Shown here: positions 38,495 to 48,271 of the stretch, in pieces
How the letters are laid out: the number at the start of each line of letters is the position of its first letter
Position numbering within the stretch: position 1 is the stretch's first letter
Assembly (NCBI GenBank): GCA_963713495.1
Contig: CAVQLX010000007.1
Coordinates: forward strand, 755,736 to 819,735
Length of the DNA: 64,000 bases
Direction of reading: 5' to 3'
Source of the DNA: an uncultured delta proteobacterium
GTDB lineage: Bacteria > Desulfobacterota > Binatia > DP-6
Notes under the pieces: generated by a model
Databases searched by the model: none
What the model saw: the letters and a program-made list of their open reading frames with translations, nothing else
What the model was told of the DNA's origin: nothing
Made by a program: the position numbers and the translations under genes

Positions 38495-39334
38495 TCAGGC
38501 GCGCGCCGCGTCGCCGGGCACGAAGCGGAGCGCGAGCCCGACGAGCGACGGAACCATGCGCGGCCGGAGCAGGCCGGGATCGTACGGCGCGAGCCGGCGA
38601 TCGTTCTCCTGCATGCAGGTCCGCGCGAGCGACTTGAGCGTGACGTCGCCGATCTCGTCCGGCACCTGCATGGTGAAGTCGTCGCCCCCGGTCTCCGCGT
38701 CGCGGAGCTGCAACGCGGTCCGCACCCGGCCGAGCGCCTGCAGCGCCACGCCGGAGGCGCGCCGGACCAGGAACCACGGCTTCTGGACGAGCGGAAGCTG
38801 CACGCCGCGATACGCGGCCCAGTTCGAGAAGAACAGGATGTGCCGCGCCTCCTCCTGCATCACGCCGTCGAAGATGTCGACGAGCTCGGGGCCGAAGAAG
38901 CCGGTGTCGGCGGCGATGCGAAAGAGGCCGAAGGCGAAGAATGAATCGAAGCACTCGCCGTAGCCCATGCGCATGAAGCCCCACTCCGCGTCGCGCGGCA
39001 CCTCGGCCTTCTCGTCCGGGTGCGGGATCGCGTAGTGGGCGAGCAGGTTGTCGAGCAGGAACGCGTGGCGTTCCTCCTCGTACGCCTGCATGGCGATCGC
39101 CTCGCGCAGCTCCGCGTCGGGCTCGACGTCCGCCATGGCGCGCACGCGTGCCGCGGCCGTTCGCTCGCTGCCCACCGCCTCGCCCCAGAACGGCAGGCCG
39201 CGCAGGCGCGCGAGCGCATCGGCGTCCAGCGCGGGCCAGCGTATCTCGTCGGGTGCGTAGGCGTGGTGCGTCTCGACGAACGCCCGGCAGAACCGCGCCT
39301 TGTGCTCCCCACTCCCGATCCGCAACCGCCTCAT
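38495..39334 (-). CDS. Ferritin-like di-iron carboxylate protein (two ExxH motifs); oxygenase/oxidase-like, function unknown
   Basis: In ORF 38495-39508 from ATG (complement 39332-39334), MRRLRIGSGEHKARFCRAFVETHHAYAPDEI; motifs YEEERHAFLLDN and MQEEARHILFFSNW. Its stop lies 11 nt from the SDR start. Confidence 0.6.
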   Translation of the reverse strand: MRRLRIGSGEHKARFCRAFVETHHAYAPDEIRWPALDADALARLRGLPFWGEAVGSERTAAARVRAMADVEPDAELREAIAMQAYEEERHAFLLDNLLAHYAIPHPDEKAEVPRDAEWGFMRMGYGECFDSFFAFGLFRIAADTGFFGPELVDIFDGVMQEEARHILFFSNWAAYRGVQLPLVQKPWFLVRRASGVALQALGRVRTALQLRDAETGGDDFTMQVPDEIGDVTLKSLARTCMQENDRRLAPYDPGLLRPRMVPSLVGLALRFVPGDAARA

Positions 39335-39389
39335 GCTTCGCGCGGCCGTATATCGGGGGAGGCCCGGCTCGGCAACCGGCCCGGAAAAT

Positions 39390-39418
39390 TTGACCAGGCT
39401 CGGACGCTCCCCTATGGC
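39390..39418 (+). promoter_or_regulatory. Candidate promoter TTGACC-N17-TATGGC, 8 nt upstream of the lipoprotein ATG (near-leaderless)
   Basis: Read from the divergent intergenic region 39335-39426. Confidence 0.3.
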
Positions 39419-39426
39419 TTTCTCGC

Positions 39427-40176
39427 ATGCGGATCCGTACCTGGGCGCTCCTCGCCTGCCTCGCGCTCGACGCCTGCGGTGGCGGGGGCAGCGAGACACG
39501 CACGGCACGCCCGGTGACTCCCATCGACCCCGCCACCACCGGGACCGTCCAGGTCGACGTCCGGTTCGATGGCACGCCGCCCGCGATGCAGGAGCTGCGC
39601 ATGAGCGGCTTTCCGGAGTGCGCGACGCAGCACCAGGGTCCGGTGCTGGCCGGCGACGCGCTGGTGAAGGACGGCCAGGTCCAGAACGCCTTCGTGTACA
39701 TCAAGGAGGGGCTCGGCGATCGCGGGTTCGCCGTGCCGACCCAGCCGGTGGTCATCGATCAGAAGGGCTGCCTCTACGAGCCCCACGTCGCGGGCGCGCA
39801 GGTCGGCCAGGGAATCGAGTTCCGGAACAGCGATGCCGTGCTCCACAACGTGCACGGGTCGCCGAAGGACTCGAGCGCGTTCAACGTCGCCCTGCCGCGT
39901 CAGGGCGCCGAGCGCACGATCACCGTCGATCACCCGGAGGTCATGATCAGCGTCCGGTGCGACCTGCATCCGTGGATGCAGGGGTGGCTCGGCGTGCTCG
40001 ACCATCCGTACTTCGGCGTCAGCGGCGCCGACGGCCGGGTCACGCTGAAGGACGTCCCGGCCGGCGACTACGTCATCGGCGTGTGGCACGAGCGCTTCGG
40101 CACGCGCGAGGCCAAGGTGTCGGTGACTCCCAAGGCGAGCACGTCGGCCAGCGTCACGTTCACCCCAGCTGCTTAG
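39427..40176 (+). CDS. Lipoprotein with a cupredoxin-like (type-1 copper) ligand pattern
   Basis: ORF 39427-40176; MRIRTWALLACLALDACGG lipobox; His in HNVHGS plus CDLHPWM (C-x2-H-x2-M) spaced like blue-copper ligands. Confidence 0.55.
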   Translation: MRIRTWALLACLALDACGGGGSETRTARPVTPIDPATTGTVQVDVRFDGTPPAMQELRMSGFPECATQHQGPVLAGDALVKDGQVQNAFVYIKEGLGDRGFAVPTQPVVIDQKGCLYEPHVAGAQVGQGIEFRNSDAVLHNVHGSPKDSSAFNVALPRQGAERTITVDHPEVMISVRCDLHPWMQGWLGVLDHPYFGVSGADGRVTLKDVPAGDYVIGVWHERFGTREAKVSVTPKASTSASVTFTPAA

Positions 40177-40256
40177 AAACCGTGCAATTGACGAGCCGGC
40201 ATCCGGCTTGATACGGCGGCCGTGGATCCCTGGACGTTTCTGGGAGGAGGCGGGTG

Positions 40257-41012
40257 ATGGAGACCACGGAGATTCTGCAGGCGCTGTTTCGCTGGATCCA
40301 CGTCGTCGCCGGCATCATGTGGATCGGCCTTCTGTACTTCTTCAACTTCGTCAACGGCCCGTTCGAGGGCACGCTCGACGGCGCGGGGAAGAAGACGGTG
40401 GTGCCGCAGCTTCGCCCCCGGGCGCTCTACTGGTTCCGCTGGGGCGCCGCCTGGACGTGGATCACCGGCGTGCTGCTCGTCCTGCTGGTCTACTACCACG
40501 GCCAGCTCATGTTCCCGCCCGGCACGCCCTGGACGGCGGGCGCGTTCCTGATGGTGGCGATCACGTTCCTGGCGTTCCTCGTCTACGACCCCATCGCGCG
40601 GTCGGTGAAGGACAACAAGCAGATGGCGGGCGTCGGCTTCGTCCTGCTCGCGATCGTCATCCTCGGATACGTCTACATCGGCAACTTCGGATACCGGGCC
40701 TACGTCATCCACACCGGCGCGCTCCTGGGCACGCTCATGGCGGCGAACGTCTGGATGCGCATCTGGCCCGCGCAGCGGAAGATCATCACCGCCATCCGCG
40801 ACGGCCAGGCGCCGGATGCCGCGCTCGTCGCCATGGCGGGGACGCGCTCGCGGCACAACACGTACATGTCGGTTGCTCTCGTCTGGACGATGATCACGCA
40901 GCACACGACGGCGTTCGCGGGTACGTGGCTCTGGCTGCTGGTCGCCATCGCCGTCGCGTGGGCGGCGGTCGTGCAGCTCTACAAGAAGGGCGCCGCGGTC
41001 AAGGGCTTCTAG
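40257..41012 (+). CDS. Integral membrane protein (about 6 TM), PuuD-N/DUF-like; function unknown
   Basis: ORF 40254-41012; GGAGGAGG RBS then ATG 40257; METTEILQALFRWIHVVAGIMWIGLLYFFNFVNGP. Confidence 0.65.
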   Translation: METTEILQALFRWIHVVAGIMWIGLLYFFNFVNGPFEGTLDGAGKKTVVPQLRPRALYWFRWGAAWTWITGVLLVLLVYYHGQLMFPPGTPWTAGAFLMVAITFLAFLVYDPIARSVKDNKQMAGVGFVLLAIVILGYVYIGNFGYRAYVIHTGALLGTLMAANVWMRIWPAQRKIITAIRDGQAPDAALVAMAGTRSRHNTYMSVALVWTMITQHTTAFAGTWLWLLVAIAVAWAAVVQLYKKGAAVKGF

Positions 41013-41063
41013 CGTCGCGCGCAGGTTGACGGCGCGCGCGACGATCGGGCAAGCCAGACCTGC

Positions 41064-42629
41064 ATGGATGATCATCCTCCCCGGCGCCGCTTCTCGCGCG
41101 GCGTGGGGGCGCTCCTCGAGCTCTCGGTCGCGCTCGTGCTCACCGCCGCCCTCCTGACCGTCATCGAAGTCGGCGCGGGGCGGTTTCTCCGCGACACCAC
41201 CGCCGAGGAGCGCATGTCCACCGCGTTCGCGCACGCGCGGGGCGACACGGTCGAGACGACGTTGATGACCTTGTCGATGAACCCGGTGCCGCTCGTCGCG
41301 GATCGCGAGCTGCTCTGGCGCAACCAGCCTGGCGCCCAGCGCGACGTGCCGGCGAACCCACGGGGGATCGGCCGGCCGGAGACGTGGCACGTCGCCATCG
41401 ATCGATCGGGCTATCGTGGACCCGACCGGTCGTCCGGCGTGGAGTCGGGCCCGGTCTATCGCATCCTCTGCATCGGCGACTCGATCACCTACGGCTGGGG
41501 CACCGATCAGGACGACGTCTTCCCGCGTCGCGTCGAGGCGATCCTTCGCGAGCGCCACCCCGGCGCGGACATCGAGGTGACCAACGCGGGCGTGCCGGAG
41601 TGGTCGTGGATCCAGGGACTCAGGTTCCTCGAGCGCGAGGGCCTCGCCCTCCGCCCCGACGTCGTGGTCATGGGCCACGGCACGAACGACCAGCTCAAGG
41701 ATACGCGCACCACCGATCTCGAGAACCTGGGCGGCTCGACCGCCTGGTCGCACGCCATCTACCGGGCGCGGAACATCCTCGGCGACACGAACACCTTTCG
41801 CGCCCTGGAGCGATTCCGCGGCCATCCGATCCCGGGACCGAGCCGCGCGTGCCGCAAGCAGATCGCCCGCTACGGTCTCTGCCAGCGCGTGTCGCTCGAG
41901 GAGATCGAGAGCGCGGTGCACGACGTCGCGCAGCTCACCGCGAAGAATGGGATCGACCTGCTGCTGATCAACGTCGACTTCATGCACACGCGCGCGATCG
42001 AGGCGTCGCGGGCCGTCGCCGACCGCGAGCACCTCCGCCTCATCGACTTCGTCGAGCGCTTCGACGCCGTCCGCATGGCGCGGGAAGATGCCCGCAGGGC
42101 GCGCTTCGGCCTCGCGCCCGCCCGGGTGCTGCCGTCGCGTCCGAGCACCGACGCCAACCGGAGCCTGGTGCTGCGCGTGCACGTGCCGGGCGCGCCCGCG
42201 AAGGTCACCGTCGAGGGACGCGCGTACGGCCTGGACGAGCTCCCCTTCAACGCGCCCATGTTCGACGACGGCACGCACGGCGACGAGCGCCCGCGCGACG
42301 GCGTCTACTCGACCACCATCGAGGTGCCGGCCAGGTTCCGGGCGACGGAGTACAAGTTCATCCGCGACGGCGAGATGGAGTTCACGCCCCTTCCACCCCT
42401 GCCGTCGCAGCGCGGCGCACGGCTCCTGATGGGCACCGAGGACCGGATCGCACCCGTGGAGGAGTTCGCCGAGCTCTACCTGATGGTCGAGCAGGCGCAC
42501 CCGGACCGCGAGGGGCACGCGCTCATCGCCGACGCCCTGGCCGACGAGGTCGAGGCGCTCCCGTCGTTCCAGCGCTACATCGACCGGGTCGCTCCGACCG
42601 GACCCCCGCCCGTGGATACGACGCGCTAG
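41064..42629 (+). CDS. Membrane-anchored SGNH/GDSL-family hydrolase
   Basis: ORF 41064-42629; N-terminal TM, GDSL block ILCIGDSITYGWG, later DxxH-type block HALIADALAD. Confidence 0.75.
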   Translation: MDDHPPRRRFSRGVGALLELSVALVLTAALLTVIEVGAGRFLRDTTAEERMSTAFAHARGDTVETTLMTLSMNPVPLVADRELLWRNQPGAQRDVPANPRGIGRPETWHVAIDRSGYRGPDRSSGVESGPVYRILCIGDSITYGWGTDQDDVFPRRVEAILRERHPGADIEVTNAGVPEWSWIQGLRFLEREGLALRPDVVVMGHGTNDQLKDTRTTDLENLGGSTAWSHAIYRARNILGDTNTFRALERFRGHPIPGPSRACRKQIARYGLCQRVSLEEIESAVHDVAQLTAKNGIDLLLINVDFMHTRAIEASRAVADREHLRLIDFVERFDAVRMAREDARRARFGLAPARVLPSRPSTDANRSLVLRVHVPGAPAKVTVEGRAYGLDELPFNAPMFDDGTHGDERPRDGVYSTTIEVPARFRATEYKFIRDGEMEFTPLPPLPSQRGARLLMGTEDRIAPVEEFAELYLMVEQAHPDREGHALIADALADEVEALPSFQRYIDRVAPTGPPPVDTTR

Positions 42630-43024
42630 CCGGCGGGGGTCGCGCCGCGCACCCGGCGGATCCCGAACGTTCCGAGCGCTTTCGCGACGACGGTGCCGTC
42701 GGCCGCCACCACGTCGCCCTCCGACACCGCGACGGTGCGGCGCAGGCTGACCACGCGCGCGCGACAGCGCAGCACGCGGTCGCGCGTGAACGCGACGTAC
42801 GTCACGTTCAGGTTGTGCGTCGCGATGCGGTCCTCGGGATCGAGGCGCCGCGCGATCGCGACCGCGAGGCCGGTGTCGAAGAGCGTGGCGATGACGCCGC
42901 CGTGCACGGTGCCGAACGGGCTGAGCAGCGCCTCCGGCACGTCCATGCGCAGCACCGCCCCGGATTCGTCGGCGTGCTCGATCGCGAATCCGAGGAGCTC
43001 CCAGAACCCGGGCAGTCCGCTCAC
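42626..43024 (-). CDS. Hotdog-fold acyl-CoA thioesterase (PaaI/4HBT-like)
   Basis: Last 132 aa of ORF 42626-43246 from the GTG overlapping the dcd stop (GTGA); LSPFGTVHGGVIATLFDTGLAVA. Confidence 0.75.
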   Translation of the reverse strand: MSGLPGFWELLGFAIEHADESGAVLRMDVPEALLSPFGTVHGGVIATLFDTGLAVAIARRLDPEDRIATHNLNVTYVAFTRDRVLRCRARVVSLRRTVAVSEGDVVAADGTVVAKALGTFGIRRVRGATPAG

Positions 43025-43530
43025 AGCCGATCCTGGCGTGCGAAGCGACCCGCGTACACGGCGCCGCCCTCGCAGCGCTGGAGGACGATCTGGCACAGGC
43101 GGACGCCCGGGTGGATCGTGAGCGGGTGCTTCGCCACGTTCGACATCTCGAGCACCTGGCGGCTGTCGACACCGGGCGCGATGAACCCCGCCGTCACGTG
43201 GATCATGAGCCCCAGGCGGGCGTAGCGGCTGCGTCCCTCGAGCCACCCGGCCAGGTCGGGTGGGAGCCGCACGCGCTCGCGCGTGATGCCGAGGACGGTC
43301 TCGCCCGGCCCGAGGACGTACGGCTGCACCAGCGGTCGGAGCTGCGTGATCGTCCGGTAGTCGGCGTCGTCGGTCACCGCCACCTCGTCGCCGCCGCCGG
43401 CCATCACGCGGATCTCGTCGCCGAGATGCAGGTCGATCGAGGCGGGCCCGATCTGGTCGTCCGCGAGCGGGTCGATCTCGAGACGGCCGGCGGCGAGCTC
43501 CCGCCGGATCGCCTCGCGCGTCAGCACCAT
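43021..43530 (-). CDS. dcd: dCTP deaminase
   Basis: ORF 43021-43530, MVLTREAIRRELAAGRLEIDPL...PASIDLHLGDE...LEMSN. Confidence 0.9.
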   Translation of the reverse strand: MVLTREAIRRELAAGRLEIDPLADDQIGPASIDLHLGDEIRVMAGGGDEVAVTDDADYRTITQLRPLVQPYVLGPGETVLGITRERVRLPPDLAGWLEGRSRYARLGLMIHVTAGFIAPGVDSRQVLEMSNVAKHPLTIHPGVRLCQIVLQRCEGGAVYAGRFARQDRL

Positions 43531-43584
43531 GCCACGCAGTGTAGCAGACGCGCGACGGTGCTATACAGCCGCGAGGCGGTCACC

Positions 43585-44365
43585 ATGCGATACGAACACA
43601 TCGTCGTCACCACCCACGCCGGACTCGGCACCATCACGATGAACCGGCCCGAGCGCCGGAACGCGCTCTCGGAAGCGCACATGCGGGAGCTGCTGGACGC
43701 ATTCCACGGTCTGGCGGCGGACGCGGAGATCCGCGCGGTGATCCTGGCGGCCAACGGGCCGGTCTTCTGCTGCCGGGCACGACTTCGCCGACATGGTCGA
43801 GCGCGATCTCGACGGCATGCGCCAGCTCCTCGGCGTGTGCACCGAGCTGATGCGGACCATCCAGCGCGTACCGCAGCCGGTCGTCGCGCGCGTGCACGGC
43901 CTCGCCACCGCCGCCGGGTGCCAGCTGGTCGCCAGCGCCGACCTCGCGGTCGCCGCCGAGGAAGCGGGCTTCGCGGCGCCCGGCGGCCGCGGCGGGTGGT
44001 TCTGCCACACGCCCATGGTGGCGATCGCCCGCAGCATCGGGCGCAAGCGCGCGCTCGAGATGGCGTTCACGGGAGACCCGATCGACGCGCAGACCGCGCT
44101 GGCGTGGGGCCTGGTCAACCGCGTGGTGCCCCGGGCGCGTCTCGACGAGGAGACGGAGCGCCTCGCGCTCGCGGCCAGCCGCGGCAGCCGGGCCTCCAAG
44201 GCCCTCGGCAAGCAGGTCATCTACGACACGATCGACCTCGACGTGGACGCCGCCTACGCGCGCGCCGTCGAGGCCATGGCGACGAGCGCCCTCGGCGACG
44301 ACGGCCGCGAGGCGATGCGGTCGTTCCTGGAGAAGCGTCCCGGCGTCTATCCGCCGCGCCGGTAG
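43585..44365 (+). CDS. Enoyl-CoA hydratase/isomerase; frame interrupted at about 43772 (an extra T in ttctgcTgccggg)
   Basis: MRYEHIVVTTHAGLGTITMNRPERRNAL...ILAANGPVFC in the ORF 43111 frame. It continues (A)GHDFADMVERD...GLVNRVVP in ORF 43793-44365. Deleting one T restores FCAGHDFADM. Confidence 0.7.
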
Positions 44366-44424
44366 CTCCCGCCCCGTGCCGACGTTGCTTCTTGCGCGTC
44401 GTTTCGCTCTCTTGTCGCGACGCC

Positions 44425-46011
44425 ATGACCACCCCCGTCGCATACTTCTGCATGGAGTTCGGCCTGTCCGAGGAGTTCCCGATCTACGCCGGGGGTCTCG
44501 GCATCCTCGCCGGCGATTTCATCAAGTCGGCGCACGACCTGGGCCTGCCCGTGGTCGGCGTGGGGCTGCGCTGGGCGCGCGGCTACTCCCGCCAGCGGAT
44601 CGGCGAGGACGGCCTGCCGGTCTCGGAGTTCCCGAGCTACCGCGCGGACTTCCTCGAGGACACCGGCGTCCGGGTGCGCGTCCGGGTCGAGACGCGCGAG
44701 GTCGAGGCGCGCGTGTGGCGTACCGAGCGCTGGGGAAACGCGCCGCTCCTGCTCCTCGAGCCGGTCGCCACCCGCGACGCCTGGATCACGAACCGCCTCT
44801 ACGATCCGACGTTCGACTGCCGCGTGGCGCAGGAGATCCTGCTCGGCGTCGGCGGCGTGCGCGCGCTGCGCAAGCTCGGCATCGACATCGACACCTACCA
44901 CTTCAACGAGGGACACGCGGTGTTCGCCGGCATCGAGCTGATCGCGGAGCGCATGGTCGCCGGCGCGTCGTTCGTCGAGGCCTGGGCGGCGGTGCGCGAG
45001 CAGATCGTGTTCACCACCCACACGCCCGTCGCCGCCGGCAACGAGGTGCACGCGCTGGCCGAGCTGCGCCGGCTCGGCGCCTGCTGCGAGCTGGTCGACT
45101 GGGAGATGCGCCAGATCGGCGGCGACCCGTTCAACATGACCGTCGCCGGGCTCCGGCTCTCGCGCCGCGCGAACGCCGTCTCCGAGCTGCACGCCGAGGT
45201 GTCGCGCACGATGTGGCTCGACGTCGAGCACGCCAGCGAGATCATCCCCATCACCAACGGCGTGCACGCGCCCACCTGGCAGGACGAGCGCATCCGCGCC
45301 GCGCGCGCGACCCCCGACGAGCTGTGGGCGAGACACCAGACGCTCAAGGGCGACCTGCTCGACCTGGTCACGACCCGCAGCGGCGTCCGCCTCGATCCGG
45401 GCGTCCTGACGGTCGGCTTCGCGCGCCGCGCCGCCGCCTACAAGCGCAGCAACCTGGTCTTCGACGATCCCGCCCGCATCGGGGCGCTGCTCGACGGCCA
45501 CAAGCTGCAGCTCGTCTTCGCGGGCAAGGCGCATCCCGACGACGAGATGGGGCGGCAGATCATCGGCGAGCTGGTGGCCATGGCGAAGCGCTTCCCGGAG
45601 GCGGTGGTCTTCGTGCCGGACTACGACATGGCGCTCGGACGCGCGCTCACCCGCGGCGCCGACGTGTGGCTCAACAATCCCATCCGGCCGCTCGAGGCGT
45701 GCGGCACCTCGGGGATGAAGGCCGCGATGAACGGCGTGCTCAACTGCTCGATCCTCGACGGCTGGTGGCCCGAGGCCTGCGAGCACGGCGTCAACGGCTG
45801 GGCCATCGGCGACGCGACCAGCGGCGTCCCCGAGCAGGATGCGCGCGACGCCGCGGCGCTCTACGCCGTGCTCGAGACCGAGGTGATCCCGGCCTACGAC
45901 GACCGCACGCGCTGGGTCGGCATGATGCAGGCCAGCATCGCGATGGCATCCGAGCGCTTCTCCTCGGACCGCATGTGCCGGGACTACTTCGAGAAGCTGT
46001 ACGCGAGATAG
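44425..46011 (+). CDS. glgP: Alpha-glucan (glycogen/maltodextrin) phosphorylase family protein, short GT35 type
   Basis: Frame of ORF 43111-46011 from ATG 44425; MTTPVAYFCMEFGLSEEFPIYAGGLGILAGD...TNGVHAPTW...GTSGMKAAMNG (pyridoxal-phosphate Lys context). Confidence 0.8.
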   Translation: MTTPVAYFCMEFGLSEEFPIYAGGLGILAGDFIKSAHDLGLPVVGVGLRWARGYSRQRIGEDGLPVSEFPSYRADFLEDTGVRVRVRVETREVEARVWRTERWGNAPLLLLEPVATRDAWITNRLYDPTFDCRVAQEILLGVGGVRALRKLGIDIDTYHFNEGHAVFAGIELIAERMVAGASFVEAWAAVREQIVFTTHTPVAAGNEVHALAELRRLGACCELVDWEMRQIGGDPFNMTVAGLRLSRRANAVSELHAEVSRTMWLDVEHASEIIPITNGVHAPTWQDERIRAARATPDELWARHQTLKGDLLDLVTTRSGVRLDPGVLTVGFARRAAAYKRSNLVFDDPARIGALLDGHKLQLVFAGKAHPDDEMGRQIIGELVAMAKRFPEAVVFVPDYDMALGRALTRGADVWLNNPIRPLEACGTSGMKAAMNGVLNCSILDGWWPEACEHGVNGWAIGDATSGVPEQDARDAAALYAVLETEVIPAYDDRTRWVGMMQASIAMASERFSSDRMCRDYFEKLYAR

Positions 46012-46023
46012 CTCCGAGGCGCG

Positions 46024-47346
46024 ATGACAGCCGTCCCGGCGGAACGGGTCGAGCACCGGACGAGTAGCTGGCTCACGTCGCAGCTCGACGCCGGCCTCGG
46101 CACCTTCGGTCGCGACGACCTCGTCTACGACGACGGGGGCGCGCCGCGCCGGGTGACGAAGGAGCACTTCGAGCACCTCGTCCGCAAGCTCAAGATCCTG
46201 CGCTGGCTCGACCGTCTCGACTTCGAGAGCTGCATCGATCTGGGGGCGGGTTCCGGCTTCCTGCCGGCGCTGGTGCGCGAGCGCTTCGGGGTGGACGCGT
46301 ACTACGCCGATCTCGTGCACCGGCTGAACCTGCCCGGCCTCGGCTCACGCCTCGGCAAGCTCGACCACGCCGTCACGCTCGACCTCACCCGGCTTCCCTT
46401 TCGCGACGGCGCCTTCGACGTCGTCGTCTCGTCCGAGGTGCTCGAGCATCTGGTGCATCCCGTCGAGGCGCTGGCCGAGATGGTCCGCGTCGCGCGCCGT
46501 GCCGTGGTCCTGACGAGCCTGGAGGCGCTCGCACCGGATCGGCTGCGGCGCGTGCTCTCGCACCTGGCGATCGACGTCCGCCGGCCGCACGTCGAGCGCA
46601 ATTTCTTCCTCATCGACGAGTTCCGCGCGCTCCTCGGTGACGACCTCCGCCACGAGGCGCTCCTCTGCTACGACCGCTCGCCGGTGAATCCGTTCTGGCC
46701 GCGCGCGCGCATCGACGCGATCTTCGACGCGATCCGCGACCGCGACACGCTGGAGCGCGCGCTGGTCCGCGCCGCGGAGGCGGTGCCGCACGGGCCGGGG
46801 ACCATGGGGATCGTCCTCGCCCGCGTCGCCCCCGGCGTGCAGGTCGCGCCGGCCCGTCCCGAGGCGGATCCCGCGCTCGCCCGCTGGCTGGTGAACGAGG
46901 TGGCCTCGCTCGAGTACTACACCTTCGCCGAGCTGTGCGCCCACGGCGTGCTGCGCGTGCGACCGGAGCTGGAGCCGCCGGGACCGGCGCCCGACCGCCC
47001 CGTCGCGCCGGCGCTCCTCGCGCGCCTGCAGTGTCCCGAGTGCCGGGGCGTCCTGGTGCAGGACCCCGGCGCGCTCCGCTGCACCGGCTGTGGCGCGAGC
47101 TTCTCCACCGACTACGGGGTGCCGAATCTCCATCCGACGCGGGCGCACGACGATCGCGCCGCACGCGAGGAGGCCGTGCGCCGGCTCTGCGGTGACGACG
47201 CCGCGCGCGCGGCCACGGTCGTGCGCCTGATGGAGCGCCTGCGGCGAAACGAGCGGCCTCCGGGAACGCTGAAGCGCGCGGCGTGGCGCCTCGAGCGGGC
47301 GCTCGGATCGCCGCTGCGCGCGCGTCACCTGTGGCCCGCCGACTGA
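46024..47346 (+). CDS. Class I SAM-dependent methyltransferase with a C-terminal Trm112-like zinc-ribbon
   Basis: ORF 46024-47346; CIDLGAGSGF, FDVVVSSEVLEHL; C-terminal LQCPECRGVLVQDPGALRCTGCGASFSTDYGVPNL. Confidence 0.75.
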   Translation: MTAVPAERVEHRTSSWLTSQLDAGLGTFGRDDLVYDDGGAPRRVTKEHFEHLVRKLKILRWLDRLDFESCIDLGAGSGFLPALVRERFGVDAYYADLVHRLNLPGLGSRLGKLDHAVTLDLTRLPFRDGAFDVVVSSEVLEHLVHPVEALAEMVRVARRAVVLTSLEALAPDRLRRVLSHLAIDVRRPHVERNFFLIDEFRALLGDDLRHEALLCYDRSPVNPFWPRARIDAIFDAIRDRDTLERALVRAAEAVPHGPGTMGIVLARVAPGVQVAPARPEADPALARWLVNEVASLEYYTFAELCAHGVLRVRPELEPPGPAPDRPVAPALLARLQCPECRGVLVQDPGALRCTGCGASFSTDYGVPNLHPTRAHDDRAAREEAVRRLCGDDAARAATVVRLMERLRRNERPPGTLKRAAWRLERALGSPLRARHLWPAD

Positions 47347-47352
47347 CGTCCG

Positions 47353-48240
47353 CTACGCCAGCCGGGGCATGACGTCGCGCGCCACCACGTCCAGCTGCTC
47401 GAGGTAGTGCTGCAGGCTGCGGTGACGCAGGCGGAGGTTCAGGACCGTCGTCCCGAGGTCGCGGTAGCGGCCGCAGCGCTCGACGAGCGCGTCGCGGTCG
47501 CTCGCGTCGACCGGATCGAGCAGCCGGTCGATCGGCAGCACGAGGTCGAAGGGGCTCCGCCGCTGCTCCCACTCGCGCCCGCGCCGCGCGGCCGCCAGCA
47601 TCGCGTCGAGCTGGTCCAGCGACAGGCCGAACGGATCCCAGCCGTCGCCGAGCGCGAGAGCGCGGCGGAGCGAGCGGCGGGTGCGGCCGCCGAGCCAGAT
47701 CGGGATCTCCTCCTGGACCCCGCACGGATCGACGAGGACCCGGTCGAAGCGATGGTGCGAGCCGGCGTACGACGGCAGGCGACGGCCGAACGACGCGCGC
47801 AGCGCGCGCAGCGCGTCCTCGTAGCGCTCGCCTCGATCCGTGAACTCCGCGCCGAGGAGGGCGAACTCCTCGGCCAGCGTCCCGACACCGACCCCGAGGA
47901 CGAGCCGGCCGCCGCAGAGCCGGTCGAGCGTGCCGTAGCGCTTCGCGATCTCGAGCGGGTGATGGTAGCCGAGGACGAGAACGTGCGTGAGGAAGCGGAT
48001 GCGCGACGTCTGCGCGGCGAGGAAGCCGAACGTCGCGAGCGGATCGTAGTACCGGGCGCCGCGTACGGGCGCCACGTCGACGGGGATGGCGACGTGCTCG
48101 CTGCAGGTGAGGTGATGGTAGCCGAGCCGATCGGCGGCCACCGCGATCCGGGCGATCTCCTCCGGCCCGGCGGCCTCGGTCCACGCGGCGTCGTGCTGCG
48201 GATGACGCGTGACGATCGGTGTGACGAGTCCGAAGCGCAT
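47353..48240 (-). CDS. LLM-class (luciferase-like) F420/flavin-dependent oxidoreductase
   Basis: C-terminal 295 aa of ORF 47353-48429, MRFGLVTPIV...LGYHHLTCSEHV...LVLGVGVG. Confidence 0.85.
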   Translation of the reverse strand: MRFGLVTPIVTRHPQHDAAWTEAAGPEEIARIAVAADRLGYHHLTCSEHVAIPVDVAPVRGARYYDPLATFGFLAAQTSRIRFLTHVLVLGYHHPLEIAKRYGTLDRLCGGRLVLGVGVGTLAEEFALLGAEFTDRGERYEDALRALRASFGRRLPSYAGSHHRFDRVLVDPCGVQEEIPIWLGGRTRRSLRRALALGDGWDPFGLSLDQLDAMLAAARRGREWEQRRSPFDLVLPIDRLLDPVDASDRDALVERCGRYRDLGTTVLNLRLRHRSLQHYLEQLDVVARDVMPRLA

Positions 48241-48271
48241 GTCCGGCTCGCTCCTAGCATCGCCCGCGGGG

